Shown here: positions 18,936 through 27,943 of the stretch, piece by piece | Numbering within the stretch: the stretch's first letter is position 1 | Layout of the letters: every line of letters begins with the position of its first letter | NCBI GenBank assembly: GCA_035500495.1 | Contig: DATJXC010000073.1 | Span: forward strand, 4,841 to 68,840 | DNA length: 64,000 nt | Source of the DNA: Gemmatimonadales bacterium | GTDB lineage: Bacteria; Gemmatimonadota; Gemmatimonadetes; Gemmatimonadales; GWC2-71-9 | Reading direction: 5' to 3' | The notes under the pieces: model-generated | Database searches by the model: none | The model's input: the letters and a program-made list of their open reading frames with translations, nothing else | What the model was told of the DNA's origin: nothing | Translations under genes and position numbers: made by a program

Positions 18936-19385
18936 TTACATCGCCTCATCCCGGTCGCGAGGCGCGCCCGCCTGCTCCCCACGATCCCGCCCGATCCTCA
19001 ACTCAACCCAGGCGATCCGCCGCTCCTGGACGGCCTCACGAACCTGCCGCTCGCGAGGCGACAGGCTGGCGCTCGCGGTCTTCACCTCCACGAAGACGAC
19101 GCGGCGCACCAGGCCGTCCGCGAGGCCGTCGAACACGACGAAATCGACGGGAGATCCGAGAAACCGCGCGTCCTTGGGGTTCCAGACGAACTCCGGAAAG
19201 AACGGGACGATCTGCTCGGTGACCTTGCCGACCGTGACCGCGTGGCTGCGTTGCACGGCGTCGCTCCGCAGCGCCCGCGTGTAGCGCGCTTTCCACACCA
19301 GCACGTAGATCAGGGCGAGCAACGCGGTGAGTGCGACGCCGATCGCGATGCCGAGGCCGAGCCCTGCCAGGCTGGGGAGGCTCAC
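18936..19385 (-). CDS. Membrane-anchored archaeal-type Holliday junction resolvase-like PD-(D/E)xK protein
   Basis: N-terminal TM; GKVTEQIVPFFP.F..NPKDARFLGSPVDFVVFDG...FVEVKT. Confidence 0.8.
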   Translation of the reverse strand: MSLPSLAGLGLGIAIGVALTALLALIYVLVWKARYTRALRSDAVQRSHAVTVGKVTEQIVPFFPEFVWNPKDARFLGSPVDFVVFDGLADGLVRRVVFVEVKTASASLSPRERQVREAVQERRIAWVELRIGRDRGEQAGAPRDRDEAM

Positions 19386-19401
19386 GGATGCGGGGCCGGA
19401 G

Positions 19402-19758
19402 CTAGGTGAACAGCAGGCGCGCGGCGACGAGCAGCAGGAACCCGCCGAACGCCCGGCGCAAAGTCGTGTCGGTCACGTGGCCCGCCAGCTTGGCCCCGAG
19501 CAGGGCGCCAAAGAACAGCCCGATGGCGATGATCGCCGCGTAGGCCAGGTTCACCTGCCCCCGACGGTAGTACTGCAGGAATCCGAGCAATCCGACCGGC
19601 AGCAGCAGCGCGCCGAGCGAGGTGCCGTTCGCCGCGTGCTGGCTCTGCTTCGCGAGCAACACGAGTCCGGGTATGATGACCACCGCGCCGCCGACCCCGA
19701 ACAAACCGGACACGATCCCGCTCACGAGTCCGATCACCGCTACGAGCACGTAGTTCAT
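19402..19758 (-). CDS. Half-size TauE/SafE (TSUP) family transporter
   Basis: 118 aa from ATG 19758: G..SGLFGVGGAVVIIP, A.GTSL, G.LLGA. Confidence 0.8.
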   Translation of the reverse strand: MNYVLVAVIGLVSGIVSGLFGVGGAVVIIPGLVLLAKQSQHAANGTSLGALLLPVGLLGFLQYYRRGQVNLAYAAIIAIGLFFGALLGAKLAGHVTDTTLRRAFGGFLLLVAARLLFT

Positions 19759-21332
19759 GCCGTTCCTCCCGCGGCCGCCGGGGGCCGCCCCCAACCAAGC
19801 CGGTCGCGCGCGAACAGCGCGGCGCCCAGCACGACTATCGCCACCATCACCAGGGTGCCGACCCAATCGCCCCACCGCACGTACAACGTCAGGGCGTCGC
19901 TCGTGAGCAGGTGTCCCGTGACCACGGTCCTCGTCTCGAGCTGGCTCGCCGCTGTAGCACGACCCAGGGGGTCGACGAATTCCGAAATCCCCGAGTTGGC
20001 CGCGCGCGCCACCCCCAAACGCGTTTCGATCGCCCGCACCACCAGGTGTGTCGCGTGCTGATAGGGACCCGCCGTCCGCCCGTACCAGGCATCGTTCGTC
20101 ACGTTGACGAGGAAATCCGCGCCCAGGGCCCGGTAGCGGCGCGGCATGTCCTCGAACGCCGACTCGTAGCAGATGATCACGCCGAACCGCCCCAGCGCGG
20201 CCCCCCCCGGGTAGAGCGGCAGCTCCCGCCCGTGCCCGAACCCACCCGACCATCGGCCGAGCCAGGGGAGCGCGCGAAACCACGCCACCGGCACGAACGG
20301 TACTCGTTCGACGACCGGGACGAGGTCGTGCTTGGCGTACACGGGGTAGTCCTGCCACCGCCCCAACGAATCGAAATAGAACGCCGCGTTGAACACTTCG
20401 GCGGTACCGTCGGTGCGCCAGCGGGCATTCAACCCGCCGGTGACGAGAGGCGTTCGGCTCTCGGCGGCGAACCGGGAGATCTCGCCCGACCAGCCCGGAC
20501 GCTGGGCGAGATACCCGGGGACGGCCGCCTCCGGCCAGACGACCAGATCGGGGCGGGTGACGGCACGGGCCTCGCGCGAGAGCGACAGGAGCAGCGCGAC
20601 CTCGCTGTCTGCCTCCGCCTCGTTCCACTTCTCGTTGAACCCGATATTCGGCTGGACCAGCGCCACCTTGCCGACGTCGCGCAGCACGATGGTGCGCTCA
20701 CGCCAGAGCCCGTACCCCCACGCACAGGCGACCGACATTGCCACCGGGACCAGCCGCCGGACAACCCGTCCCCATTCACCCTTTCCACCTCCCATCAGGG
20801 CTTGTCCAATCACCACGCTACACCACGCCAGCCACACCCCCACCCCACGGGCCCCCGCGAGGTCCGCCCACTGGATCAGCACCGGGGCGTCGGCGAGCGA
20901 GGTGCCGAGGCCGAGCCACGGAAACGACAGCTCGCCGATATGCCCCACCAGCCACTCGGTCGCCGTCCATCCGAGCGGCAGCAGCAGGGCAAGGGGCAGC
21001 CCGAACGCCGCGCGAAGGCGCGTCACGAACCAGAACAGCGTCCCGGTCAAAGCCCCGAGGACGATGATGATGGCGAAGTACCCGACGGCGGCGAGCTTCG
21101 TAAAATGCCACAGGGCGACGACGAGCCAATGCAGCACCAATCCATAAGTCGCGAGCCCGTACCAGAACCCGAGGCGCCGGGCCGCTCCGGCGTCGCCCGC
21201 CACGCCCTCGAGTAGGAGGACGGCCGGGACGAGGGCGACGAAGCTGAGGAGCGGAAGGCGGAAGGGCGGGTAGCTGGCCGTGAGGAGCGCTGCGCCGAGC
21301 AGAATGAGCACCGCGGCGCGACGCGCGCTCAC
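19755..21332 (-). CDS. lnt: Apolipoprotein N-acyltransferase
   Basis: Multi-TM plus nitrilase domain with triad WPEAA, YAKHDLVP, ICYESAF; start GTG 21332 (GTGA overlap). Confidence 0.95.
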   Translation of the reverse strand: MSARRAAVLILLGAALLTASYPPFRLPLLSFVALVPAVLLLEGVAGDAGAARRLGFWYGLATYGLVLHWLVVALWHFTKLAAVGYFAIIIVLGALTGTLFWFVTRLRAAFGLPLALLLPLGWTATEWLVGHIGELSFPWLGLGTSLADAPVLIQWADLAGARGVGVWLAWCSVVIGQALMGGGKGEWGRVVRRLVPVAMSVACAWGYGLWRERTIVLRDVGKVALVQPNIGFNEKWNEAEADSEVALLLSLSREARAVTRPDLVVWPEAAVPGYLAQRPGWSGEISRFAAESRTPLVTGGLNARWRTDGTAEVFNAAFYFDSLGRWQDYPVYAKHDLVPVVERVPFVPVAWFRALPWLGRWSGGFGHGRELPLYPGGAALGRFGVIICYESAFEDMPRRYRALGADFLVNVTNDAWYGRTAGPYQHATHLVVRAIETRLGVARAANSGISEFVDPLGRATAASQLETRTVVTGHLLTSDALTLYVRWGDWVGTLVMVAIVVLGAALFARDRLGWGRPPAAAGGTA

Positions 21333-22339
21333 AGCAGGACGTCGCGCCCGGTATCCGCGGATCGGTAAATGGCGTCGAGCACACGATGCAGCGCGAGCTG
21401 ATCCTTGGGCGGCGGTGCGTTGATGTCGCCACGGATCACGGCGAGAAAGTAGGTCCACTCGGCGCGGTACGACTGAATGAAGGGCGACTCGCGTCCCGAG
21501 GCGCCGGTCGGCGTGACGTCGGTCGGAACCCCGTGCAGCTCCTTGTACACGCGCAACGGCCCGATCGACGCCGTGCCCTTCTTCCCGACCAGCTCGAACC
21601 AGAACCGCTCGCCCTCGCCAAGGTGGCGCCAGGAGACGTCCACCGTGATCGCCGTGCCGTTCTCACAGACGATGAGCACCGATCCCATGTCCTCGACGCC
21701 GCCGGGCTCCCGCCCCACGAGCTGCGCGGAAATGCGCTTGGGAATCGGCCACCCGGCGAGCCACAACCCCAGATCCACGAGGGGGGCGCCGAGATCGAGC
21801 AGTGCACCGCCGCCGGCTTCGGCCCGGCGCAACCGCCAGCCCAGCTCCGACCGGCTGGTCTGGAAGGTGAACCAGCCGCCGCGGATCACGTCGATGGTCC
21901 CGAGCTCACCCCCTGCCAGAAAGCCGCGGACCGCTTGCACGTCCGACCGGAACCGATGGTTCATCGCCACCATCACCCGCCGGCCGTGGCGCTCGCTCGC
22001 CTTGAGGACCCGTTCCACCCCTTCCGTGGACAGCGCGAGGGGACGCTCGCACAGCACATGGACGCCCGCCGAGAGCGCTGCGGTGACGTGGATCTCGTGC
22101 AGATGGTTCGGGGTGCAGATCACGACGGCATCAGGGTGGGCGTAGCGCAGCACGTCCTCGATGTCGTCGTAGGCCTCCTTGATCTCGAATCGGCCGGCCA
22201 GGGCCTGGGCCTTGGACAGGTCGTTGTCGCAGATCGCCGCGATCTCGACCGCCGGGAGCTTCCGCAGCACGGGGAGATGCGCGATCTGCGCGATGCCCCC
22301 GGCGCCGACGACCCCGATCCGCGTAACGGCCGCGGTCAC
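21329..22339 (-). CDS. Gfo/Idh/MocA family oxidoreductase
   Basis: GVVGAGGIA, ICTPNHLH, HVLCERPLA, GGALLDLG. Confidence 0.9.
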   Translation of the reverse strand: MTAAVTRIGVVGAGGIAQIAHLPVLRKLPAVEIAAICDNDLSKAQALAGRFEIKEAYDDIEDVLRYAHPDAVVICTPNHLHEIHVTAALSAGVHVLCERPLALSTEGVERVLKASERHGRRVMVAMNHRFRSDVQAVRGFLAGGELGTIDVIRGGWFTFQTSRSELGWRLRRAEAGGGALLDLGAPLVDLGLWLAGWPIPKRISAQLVGREPGGVEDMGSVLIVCENGTAITVDVSWRHLGEGERFWFELVGKKGTASIGPLRVYKELHGVPTDVTPTGASGRESPFIQSYRAEWTYFLAVIRGDINAPPPKDQLALHRVLDAIYRSADTGRDVLL

Positions 22340-22971
22340 CGGGCCCCCGGAAAGCGATACATCGCGCCGACCCGCACCGAGGCCGTGGAGAAGTCGCTGA
22401 GCAGCATACCCCGCAGATCGAGGGTGAGACGCCAGGGCGGGGTCAGGGCGTACTCCAGACCCAGGGTCGCGTTCAAGGCCGGCGCGACTCCATCGAGAGC
22501 GTCCTCCACGAACGTGCCGTTGATCCCTGGACCGTTCCCATTGCGGAAATGCACCCCGGCCCCCAACCCCAGGTAGGTCCAGAACCGCTTTCCCTGCGGA
22601 AACACGTATTGCAAGTCGACCTCGGCGGTGAGATCGGCCAGAGTGATCTTGCCGACGTCGATCTGAGCGTTCGAATCGGGATCCTGCACCAGCTTTTGCA
22701 GCTGACTGTTGAGCCGGGCGATCGATGAACCGGAGAACGACGACTTAGCGTACGACAACCCGGCCAGGAGACGCAACCGCGGCGCCAGGAAGCCGGCATC
22801 GAATCGCACGCCACCCACCAGCGTGCCATAAAAATCGTGTCCCGCGAGCGCTCCGAGGTCGAACTGGATCCCCGAAGGCGCAAGGCTGTCATAGGTCGCC
22901 TGCTCCAGGCCGGCCTGAGCGGCCACCGCGGCCGGCCAGCAGACGACCAGCACGCCGATCATGCGCCGCAC
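22336..22971 (-). CDS. Small outer-membrane beta-barrel protein
   Basis: Sec signal, alternating amphipathic strands (YLGLGAGVHF, LGLEY, VRVGAMYRF); start uncertain (22971 or 22962). Confidence 0.65.
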   Translation of the reverse strand: MRRMIGVLVVCWPAAVAAQAGLEQATYDSLAPSGIQFDLGALAGHDFYGTLVGGVRFDAGFLAPRLRLLAGLSYAKSSFSGSSIARLNSQLQKLVQDPDSNAQIDVGKITLADLTAEVDLQYVFPQGKRFWTYLGLGAGVHFRNGNGPGINGTFVEDALDGVAPALNATLGLEYALTPPWRLTLDLRGMLLSDFSTASVRVGAMYRFPGAR

Positions 22972-22972
22972 G

Positions 22973-24265
22973 CTAATAGAGCCGTTCAACCGTAGTCCCC
23001 GGGTAGTACGTCGAGAGGATCTTCTCGTAATTCTGCCCCGCCCGCGCTCGGCCGATCGCCCCCCACTGACACATCCCTACCCCGTGACCGGAGCCGTGTC
23101 CCTCGACGACCAGCCGGCTCACCACTCCCCCGGTCTTCGACACGTCCACTGAAAACACCGTGCTCTGCAACAGCCGGTCGGGCTGCGGCCGCAGTACTGA
23201 GCGGACGTCGGCGGCCCCAACGCGTACGTCTCCATGCGAGAACACGATCCGTAACTCGTCCACCCGCCCCGACTCGGTCGTGTGCGCGACTTCGACTCCG
23301 GTAATCGGCGGCAGCCCATCACCGGGCACCGTCATCACCTGCGCGAGGGTTCGCGTCAATATAGTGCGCAGGGTTTGGCCATCCCACTCCTCCCTCCACT
23401 GCCAGCGGGGAGAGATGTCGCAATACGAGTGTCCCCCACCCGACGCATCCGAGACCGGCTTCAGATAGGACGGCCGGGCGACGGTGCGGAACGCCTCCTC
23501 CGGTGCCGCCGTCTTCCCGCCGCAGGTCGAGTGGAAATACGCGTCGATCACCGCCCCGTGGTACTCGATGACCTGGCCCGCCGTCGCCCGGACCGCCTCC
23601 CAGGCTTGGGGCGACTCCCCGGCCACCCCGGGATACACCTGGTCGCGGGTATCGGCCCAGGCATCGAACCCTTCGCTCTCCCAGCGACCCCGGTTCCGGA
23701 CGGCGAAGGTCCGGGACACGATCGTCTGGGCCAGCAGCGCTTGCCGTTCATCGTCCCGGCGCGGCCCCATTTCCTGACCCAGGACCCCGGCCACGTACCC
23801 CTCCAGCGGCACACGGTTCATCACGGTCAGGCCGGCGGTCGTCCGGTAGACGTTGAGCCGCCCTCGATAGCGCCGCCCGTTCACCATGGCAAAGCGCCCC
23901 TCGGTGACGTTGACGGCGGAGAGTCCCAGGTGGCGCTCGGTACGGCTCCCCCCGGGCTTCACGAGGACTAGGCCACCGCCCGAATCCGGGATCAGGCTCC
24001 AGGTGACCCCCGCCGGAATCGCACCGACAGGTTTCCCATTCGCGTCGTCGGCCAGAAACAACTCGCCGTCGCCCCCGAGGCGTACCAGCGTCAGGCCGGT
24101 GTTCAAGCCGATCCGGAGCTCTGGCTCGCCACCGAGGGTCAGGGGTTGGGGATGGGCGCAGGCGGCAAGGGACAGGAACAAGGCGAGAAACGAGAGACGG
24201 GAGGCAGGAGGCGGTGCCCACGCCGCTTCCCGCCTCCCGTCTCCCGTCTCCTGGCGGTTCGTCAC
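22973..24265 (-). CDS. SpoIID/LytB domain peptidoglycan lytic lipoprotein
   Basis: LAAC lipobox, NRVPLEGYVAGV..EM, AYFHSTCGG, GHGVGMCQWGA; start GTG 24265 overlaps rimO stop. Confidence 0.88.
   Translation of the reverse strand: MTNRQETGDGRREAAWAPPPASRLSFLALFLSLAACAHPQPLTLGGEPELRIGLNTGLTLVRLGGDGELFLADDANGKPVGAIPAGVTWSLIPDSGGGLVLVKPGGSRTERHLGLSAVNVTEGRFAMVNGRRYRGRLNVYRTTAGLTVMNRVPLEGYVAGVLGQEMGPRRDDERQALLAQTIVSRTFAVRNRGRWESEGFDAWADTRDQVYPGVAGESPQAWEAVRATAGQVIEYHGAVIDAYFHSTCGGKTAAPEEAFRTVARPSYLKPVSDASGGGHSYCDISPRWQWREEWDGQTLRTILTRTLAQVMTVPGDGLPPITGVEVAHTTESGRVDELRIVFSHGDVRVGAADVRSVLRPQPDRLLQSTVFSVDVSKTGGVVSRLVVEGHGSGHGVGMCQWGAIGRARAGQNYEKILSTYYPGTTVERLY
24192..24251. repeat. Heptamer-unit inverted repeat (GAGACGG/CCGTCTC) inside the spoIID 5' end
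   Basis: GAGACGG GAGGCAG GAGGCGG, 8-nt loop, then CCGCTTC CCGCCTC CCGTCTC CCGTCTC. Confidence 0.75.
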
Positions 24266-25578
24266 CCGATCCCGACCGCCCTGAAATCGTAGTCTTCGCT
24301 CTCTGTCAGCCGTGCCTGCACGAAGCTGCCAACGCGGGCCCACCCCCCGCCGGTCAGGTAGGTCACGCCATCCACGTCGTCGGCCTGCCAGGGAACCCGC
24401 CCCACGTGGGTAGCACCACCGTCCAGCGGGTCGGCCACTCGATCCACCAGAAGCGGCACCTCCCGGCCCACGAAGCGCGCCAGCCGCTCGGCCGAGATAG
24501 CGCGCTGTACCTCCAGTAGCTCCTCCAGCCGGTCCCGTTTATCGGGCTCCGGGACATCGTCCGGGTACTGCATCGCCCGGGTGCCCTCCTGCGGGGAGTA
24601 CGCAAACGCGCCCAGTCGATCGAATTGCGCTTCCTCCAGGAAGGCCAGCAGGGCCCGAAAATCCGCGTCGGTCTCCCCCGGAAATCCCACCAGGCAGGTG
24701 GTGCGCAGGGCGAGGTCGGGAATGCTGCCACGCAACCAGCTGAGCTTCTCCCGCAATGAGGCAATGCGCTCCGGCCGGCGCATCCGTTCCAGCATGCGAT
24801 CGCTGGCATGTTGAATCGGCATGTCGAGGTACGGCACAATCCGAGGTTCCTGGGCGATCAACTCGACCAGCGCCGGCGTGATTCCCGCCGAATAGACATA
24901 CAGGAGGCGGTACCAAGGGACGGTCGTCTCGGCCAGAAGGGTCCGGAGTAGATCCGGGAGCTTCGGGCCGCCCAGACCCAGATCCCGACCCCAATGGCCG
25001 AGATCCTGCGCGACGAGATTGATCTCTTGGGCGCCCTGCGCCTCGAGGGCCTGGGCCTCCTGGACCAGGCGCGCCAGCGGCTCGGAGCGGTGCTTGCCGC
25101 GCATCAGCGGGATGGCACAGAAGGCACATGTGTGGTCGCACCCCTCGGAGATCTTCAAGTAGCGGACGTGGCGCTCGTCCCCGAGGAACTGGCGCACCCC
25201 GGGGTGGTGCTGGACGGGGTCCTCAATAAGGCCCCGCTTGGCCAGCTCCGGCACAAGGTGGTGAAGGTCGGAAAAACCGAGGAAGAGGTCGACTTCAGGG
25301 ATTTCCTGCCGCAGCTCCTGCTGGTATCGCTGCACCAGGCACCCGACCGCCACCACGGCCCGGACCCCTCCGTCCCGCTTCAGGCGGGCGGCGTCCAGAA
25401 TCGCGTTGATCGATTCCTGCTTGGCCGCGTCGATGAACCCGCAGGTATTGACCAGGACGACGTCGGCCTGGGGAAGGTCTGCGACGAGGGTGGCACCATG
25501 CCCGACCAGCTCGCCGACCAGCCGCTCCGAATCCACCGTCGCTTTGTCGCAGCCGAGAGAGATGACGCCCAGCTTCAT
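24262..25578 (-). CDS. rimO: Ribosomal protein S12 methylthiotransferase
   Basis: SLGCDKA, NTCGFI, CDHTCAFC radical SAM motif, C-terminal TRAM. Confidence 0.95.
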   Translation of the reverse strand: MKLGVISLGCDKATVDSERLVGELVGHGATLVADLPQADVVLVNTCGFIDAAKQESINAILDAARLKRDGGVRAVVAVGCLVQRYQQELRQEIPEVDLFLGFSDLHHLVPELAKRGLIEDPVQHHPGVRQFLGDERHVRYLKISEGCDHTCAFCAIPLMRGKHRSEPLARLVQEAQALEAQGAQEINLVAQDLGHWGRDLGLGGPKLPDLLRTLLAETTVPWYRLLYVYSAGITPALVELIAQEPRIVPYLDMPIQHASDRMLERMRRPERIASLREKLSWLRGSIPDLALRTTCLVGFPGETDADFRALLAFLEEAQFDRLGAFAYSPQEGTRAMQYPDDVPEPDKRDRLEELLEVQRAISAERLARFVGREVPLLVDRVADPLDGGATHVGRVPWQADDVDGVTYLTGGGWARVGSFVQARLTESEDYDFRAVGIG

Positions 25579-26078
25579 CCGCGGTAGTTCCCGAACTTGA
25601 GCTCGAGCCCGAAGTCCTGGCCGCGAAGGAAGGCGATGACCTCCTGCAGCTCGTCTTTGGAGGGGGCCTGAACGCGGATCTCTTCGCCCTGGATCGACGC
25701 CTGCGCCTTCTTGAACTTCTTGTCCTTGATCGCCTTCACGATCGCCTTGGCCTTGTCCTGCGGGATCCCCTGGGTGAGCGTGATCTCCCGCCGCACCGTG
25801 TCTCCCGCGGCTGGTGTGATGGCGCCGATGACCAGATTCTTCACGGGTACCCCGCGCTTGATCAGCTTCCCCTGCAGCACGTCGAACAGGGCCTTCATTC
25901 TGAAGTCGTCATCGGCGACCAGGGTGAGGGTCTTCTTTTCACGGTCGAAGGCGATGCTGCACTTCGATCCTTTGAAATCGTAGCGCTGCTGGACCTCCTT
26001 GGTCGCCTGATTGACCCCGTTGTCGACCTCCTGCAGGTCGGCGCCGGTGGAGATGTCGAAAGAAGCAAGGGAAGCCAT
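25575..26078 (-). CDS. yajQ: YajQ family nucleotide/c-di-GMP-binding protein
   Basis: SFDI..G.DLQEVDN.VNQA.KE..QRYDFKGS...K.QASIQGEEIRV...KDELQ. Confidence 0.95.
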   Translation of the reverse strand: MASLASFDISTGADLQEVDNGVNQATKEVQQRYDFKGSKCSIAFDREKKTLTLVADDDFRMKALFDVLQGKLIKRGVPVKNLVIGAITPAAGDTVRREITLTQGIPQDKAKAIVKAIKDKKFKKAQASIQGEEIRVQAPSKDELQEVIAFLRGQDFGLELKFGNYRG

Positions 26079-26090
26079 GGGACGAATATA

Positions 26091-26159
26091 GAAGGAAGAA
26101 GGGAGAGGGGAGAGGGCCGGCGCCGTGCCTTCCCCTCCCCTCCCCCGTCTTCCTCTTCC
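26091..26159. repeat. Purine/pyrimidine heptamer-like inverted repeat between the sigma gene and yajQ
   Basis: GAAGGAA GAAGGGA GAGGGGA GAGGG ... CCTTCCC CTCCCCT CCCCCGT CTTCCTC; immediately upstream of the yajQ -10 box. Confidence 0.6.
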
Positions 26160-26164
26160 GCCGT

Positions 26165-27022
26165 TTACCCGAGGAAGCTTTCCAGCGCGCGCGCCCGGCT
26201 CACGTGCCGCAGGCGGGCGAGCGCCTTCTCCTTGATCTGCCGGACCCGCTCGCGGGTGATGCCGAGCAGTGAGCCGATCTCTTCGAGCGTCATCGGCTCC
26301 TGGCCTTCGAGCCCGAAGTAGAGCTTCAGGATCTTGGCCTCGCGGTCCTTCAGGGTCGAGAGGACCCCCTCGATGGACTCGGTCAGCGCGTGCTCGAAGA
26401 TCTGGTCGTCGGGGCCGGGGTTCTGCGTGTCGGGGAGGTAATCGAGGAGCTTGTTGTCTTCGCCTGGGGTGAGCGGCGCATCGAGCGAGAGGTGCGCCTG
26501 CGAGATGGATAGTGTTTTCGCCACCTCATCCTGCGAAATATCCATGCCTTCGGCGATCTCTTCGACGGTCGGCTCGCGCCCCAGCTCCTGCAGCAACGCC
26601 GATGAGCGTTTTCCGATGCGGTGCAGCGTGCCGGCGCGGTTCAGCGGCACGCGAACGATGCGGGACTGTTCCGCCAGCGCCTGGAGAATCGCCTGCCGGA
26701 TCCACCACACGGCGTACGAGATGAACTTGATGCCCTTGGTCTCGTCGAACTTGTGAGCGGCGCGGATCAGCCCGAGGTTCCCTTCATTGATCAGATCGGA
26801 GAGGGAGACACCCTGGTTCTGATATTTCTTGGCGACGCTGACCACAAACCGCAGGTTCGAGCGCACCAGTTTGTCGAGGCACTCTTCGTCATTGACGCGG
26901 ATGCCCTGCGCGAGGCGCACCTCTTCTTCCCGGTTGATCAGCGGGTACTGACTGATCTCGCGCAGGTATTGGTCGAGCGATCCTTCGTCGAACGACGCCC
27001 GTCGTACGGTGTTCACGCGCAT
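26165..27022 (-). CDS. Short RpoD/SigA-family sigma-70 factor lacking region 1.1
   Basis: Regions 1.2-4: YLREI, NLRFVVSVAKKY, DLINEGNLGL, KFISYAVWWIRQAI, TLEEIG..LGITRERVRQI. Confidence 0.92.
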   Translation of the reverse strand: MRVNTVRRASFDEGSLDQYLREISQYPLINREEEVRLAQGIRVNDEECLDKLVRSNLRFVVSVAKKYQNQGVSLSDLINEGNLGLIRAAHKFDETKGIKFISYAVWWIRQAILQALAEQSRIVRVPLNRAGTLHRIGKRSSALLQELGREPTVEEIAEGMDISQDEVAKTLSISQAHLSLDAPLTPGEDNKLLDYLPDTQNPGPDDQIFEHALTESIEGVLSTLKDREAKILKLYFGLEGQEPMTLEEIGSLLGITRERVRQIKEKALARLRHVSRARALESFLG

Positions 27023-27037
27023 GGGCAGGAACCCCTC

Positions 27038-27808
27038 CTAGTGAATCAACGACAAGAGTCTGCTCCAGCGGATGTCCGTCAGCCAGGGGAGAGCGTCCTG
27101 CGCCTCCCGGTCATAGCTGAAGTACACGAGCAGCGTCCGACCCTTGATTGCGGACGCGTCCACGAACCCCCAATAGCGGGAGTCCAACGAATCGTCCCGG
27201 TTATCCCCCAGGACGAAATATTTCCCCACGGGCACGATGAGCGGGCCCCAGGTGTCCCGAGTCGGCAGGTAGCGGCGCCGCGCGTCGTCCGAAGAATCGG
27301 CGTAGTAATCGCGCTGCCACCGGAAGTCGGGACTGTAGACGTCGGTATGCGCGTTGGCCCGGTGGATGTACGGCTCTTCCTGGGCGACGCCGTTCACCTC
27401 CACCAGCCCCGAGCGCATCGCCACGGTATCGCCCGGTGCCCCGATGACGCGCTTGACGAAATCCTGGCGCGGATCCCGGGGATAGGCGAACACGACGATG
27501 TCCCCGCGGCGCGGCTCGCGAAAGCCCGGGAGCCGAGCGTGCGTGCCGGGAATCTGCGCCCCATAGAGCGCTTTGTTGACGAACAGGAAATCACCGGTGA
27601 GCAACGTGGCGGTCATGCTGCCGGAGGCGATCTGGAATGCTTCGACGAGGAAAGTCTTGATGATGAGGAAGAGGACGACGGCCATGCCCACCGAGCGCAT
27701 CCAGCTGTCGAACCATCGGGCCAGCGTGGAGCGCCCCCGTGCCGGAGGTGGGATGACCCCTGGCGCTGACGCGCCCATATCCCCCCGCGGCTCCCCCGGA
27801 CCGTGCAT
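27038..27808 (-). CDS. lepB: Signal peptidase I
   Basis: IASGSM (Ser), DFVKRVIG (Lys), GDNRDDSLDSRYWG; start 27808 or 27778. Confidence 0.93.
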   Translation of the reverse strand: MHGPGEPRGDMGASAPGVIPPPARGRSTLARWFDSWMRSVGMAVVLFLIIKTFLVEAFQIASGSMTATLLTGDFLFVNKALYGAQIPGTHARLPGFREPRRGDIVVFAYPRDPRQDFVKRVIGAPGDTVAMRSGLVEVNGVAQEEPYIHRANAHTDVYSPDFRWQRDYYADSSDDARRRYLPTRDTWGPLIVPVGKYFVLGDNRDDSLDSRYWGFVDASAIKGRTLLVYFSYDREAQDALPWLTDIRWSRLLSLIH

Positions 27809-27878
27809 GTAACTCACACTAGTATGGGAGGTTCCGTCGCGCAACCCACTCCCCCCAGCCCCCCCTCCCCCCTCCCTG

Positions 27879-27943
27879 GTGCGAAGTGCGAAGTGGGCGG
27901 CCGGGTGGGGGGACTTCGCGCTTCGCGTTTCGCACTTCGCGCT
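27879..27943. repeat. Heptamer-unit inverted repeat (GCGAAGT/ACTTCGC)
   Basis: GTGCGAAGTGCGAAGT ... ACTTCGC GCTTCGC GTTTCGC ACTTCGC; same unit as 49045-49138. Confidence 0.8.

Noticed and set aside
22973-24265. SpoIID as evidence of sporulation
   Set aside because: SpoIID/LytB enzymes are widespread peptidoglycan hydrolases in non-sporulating diderms; no other spo genes are present
27879-27943. Heptamer hairpins as MITE/IS ends or tRNA
   Set aside because: No target-site duplications, transposase or cloverleaf were visible
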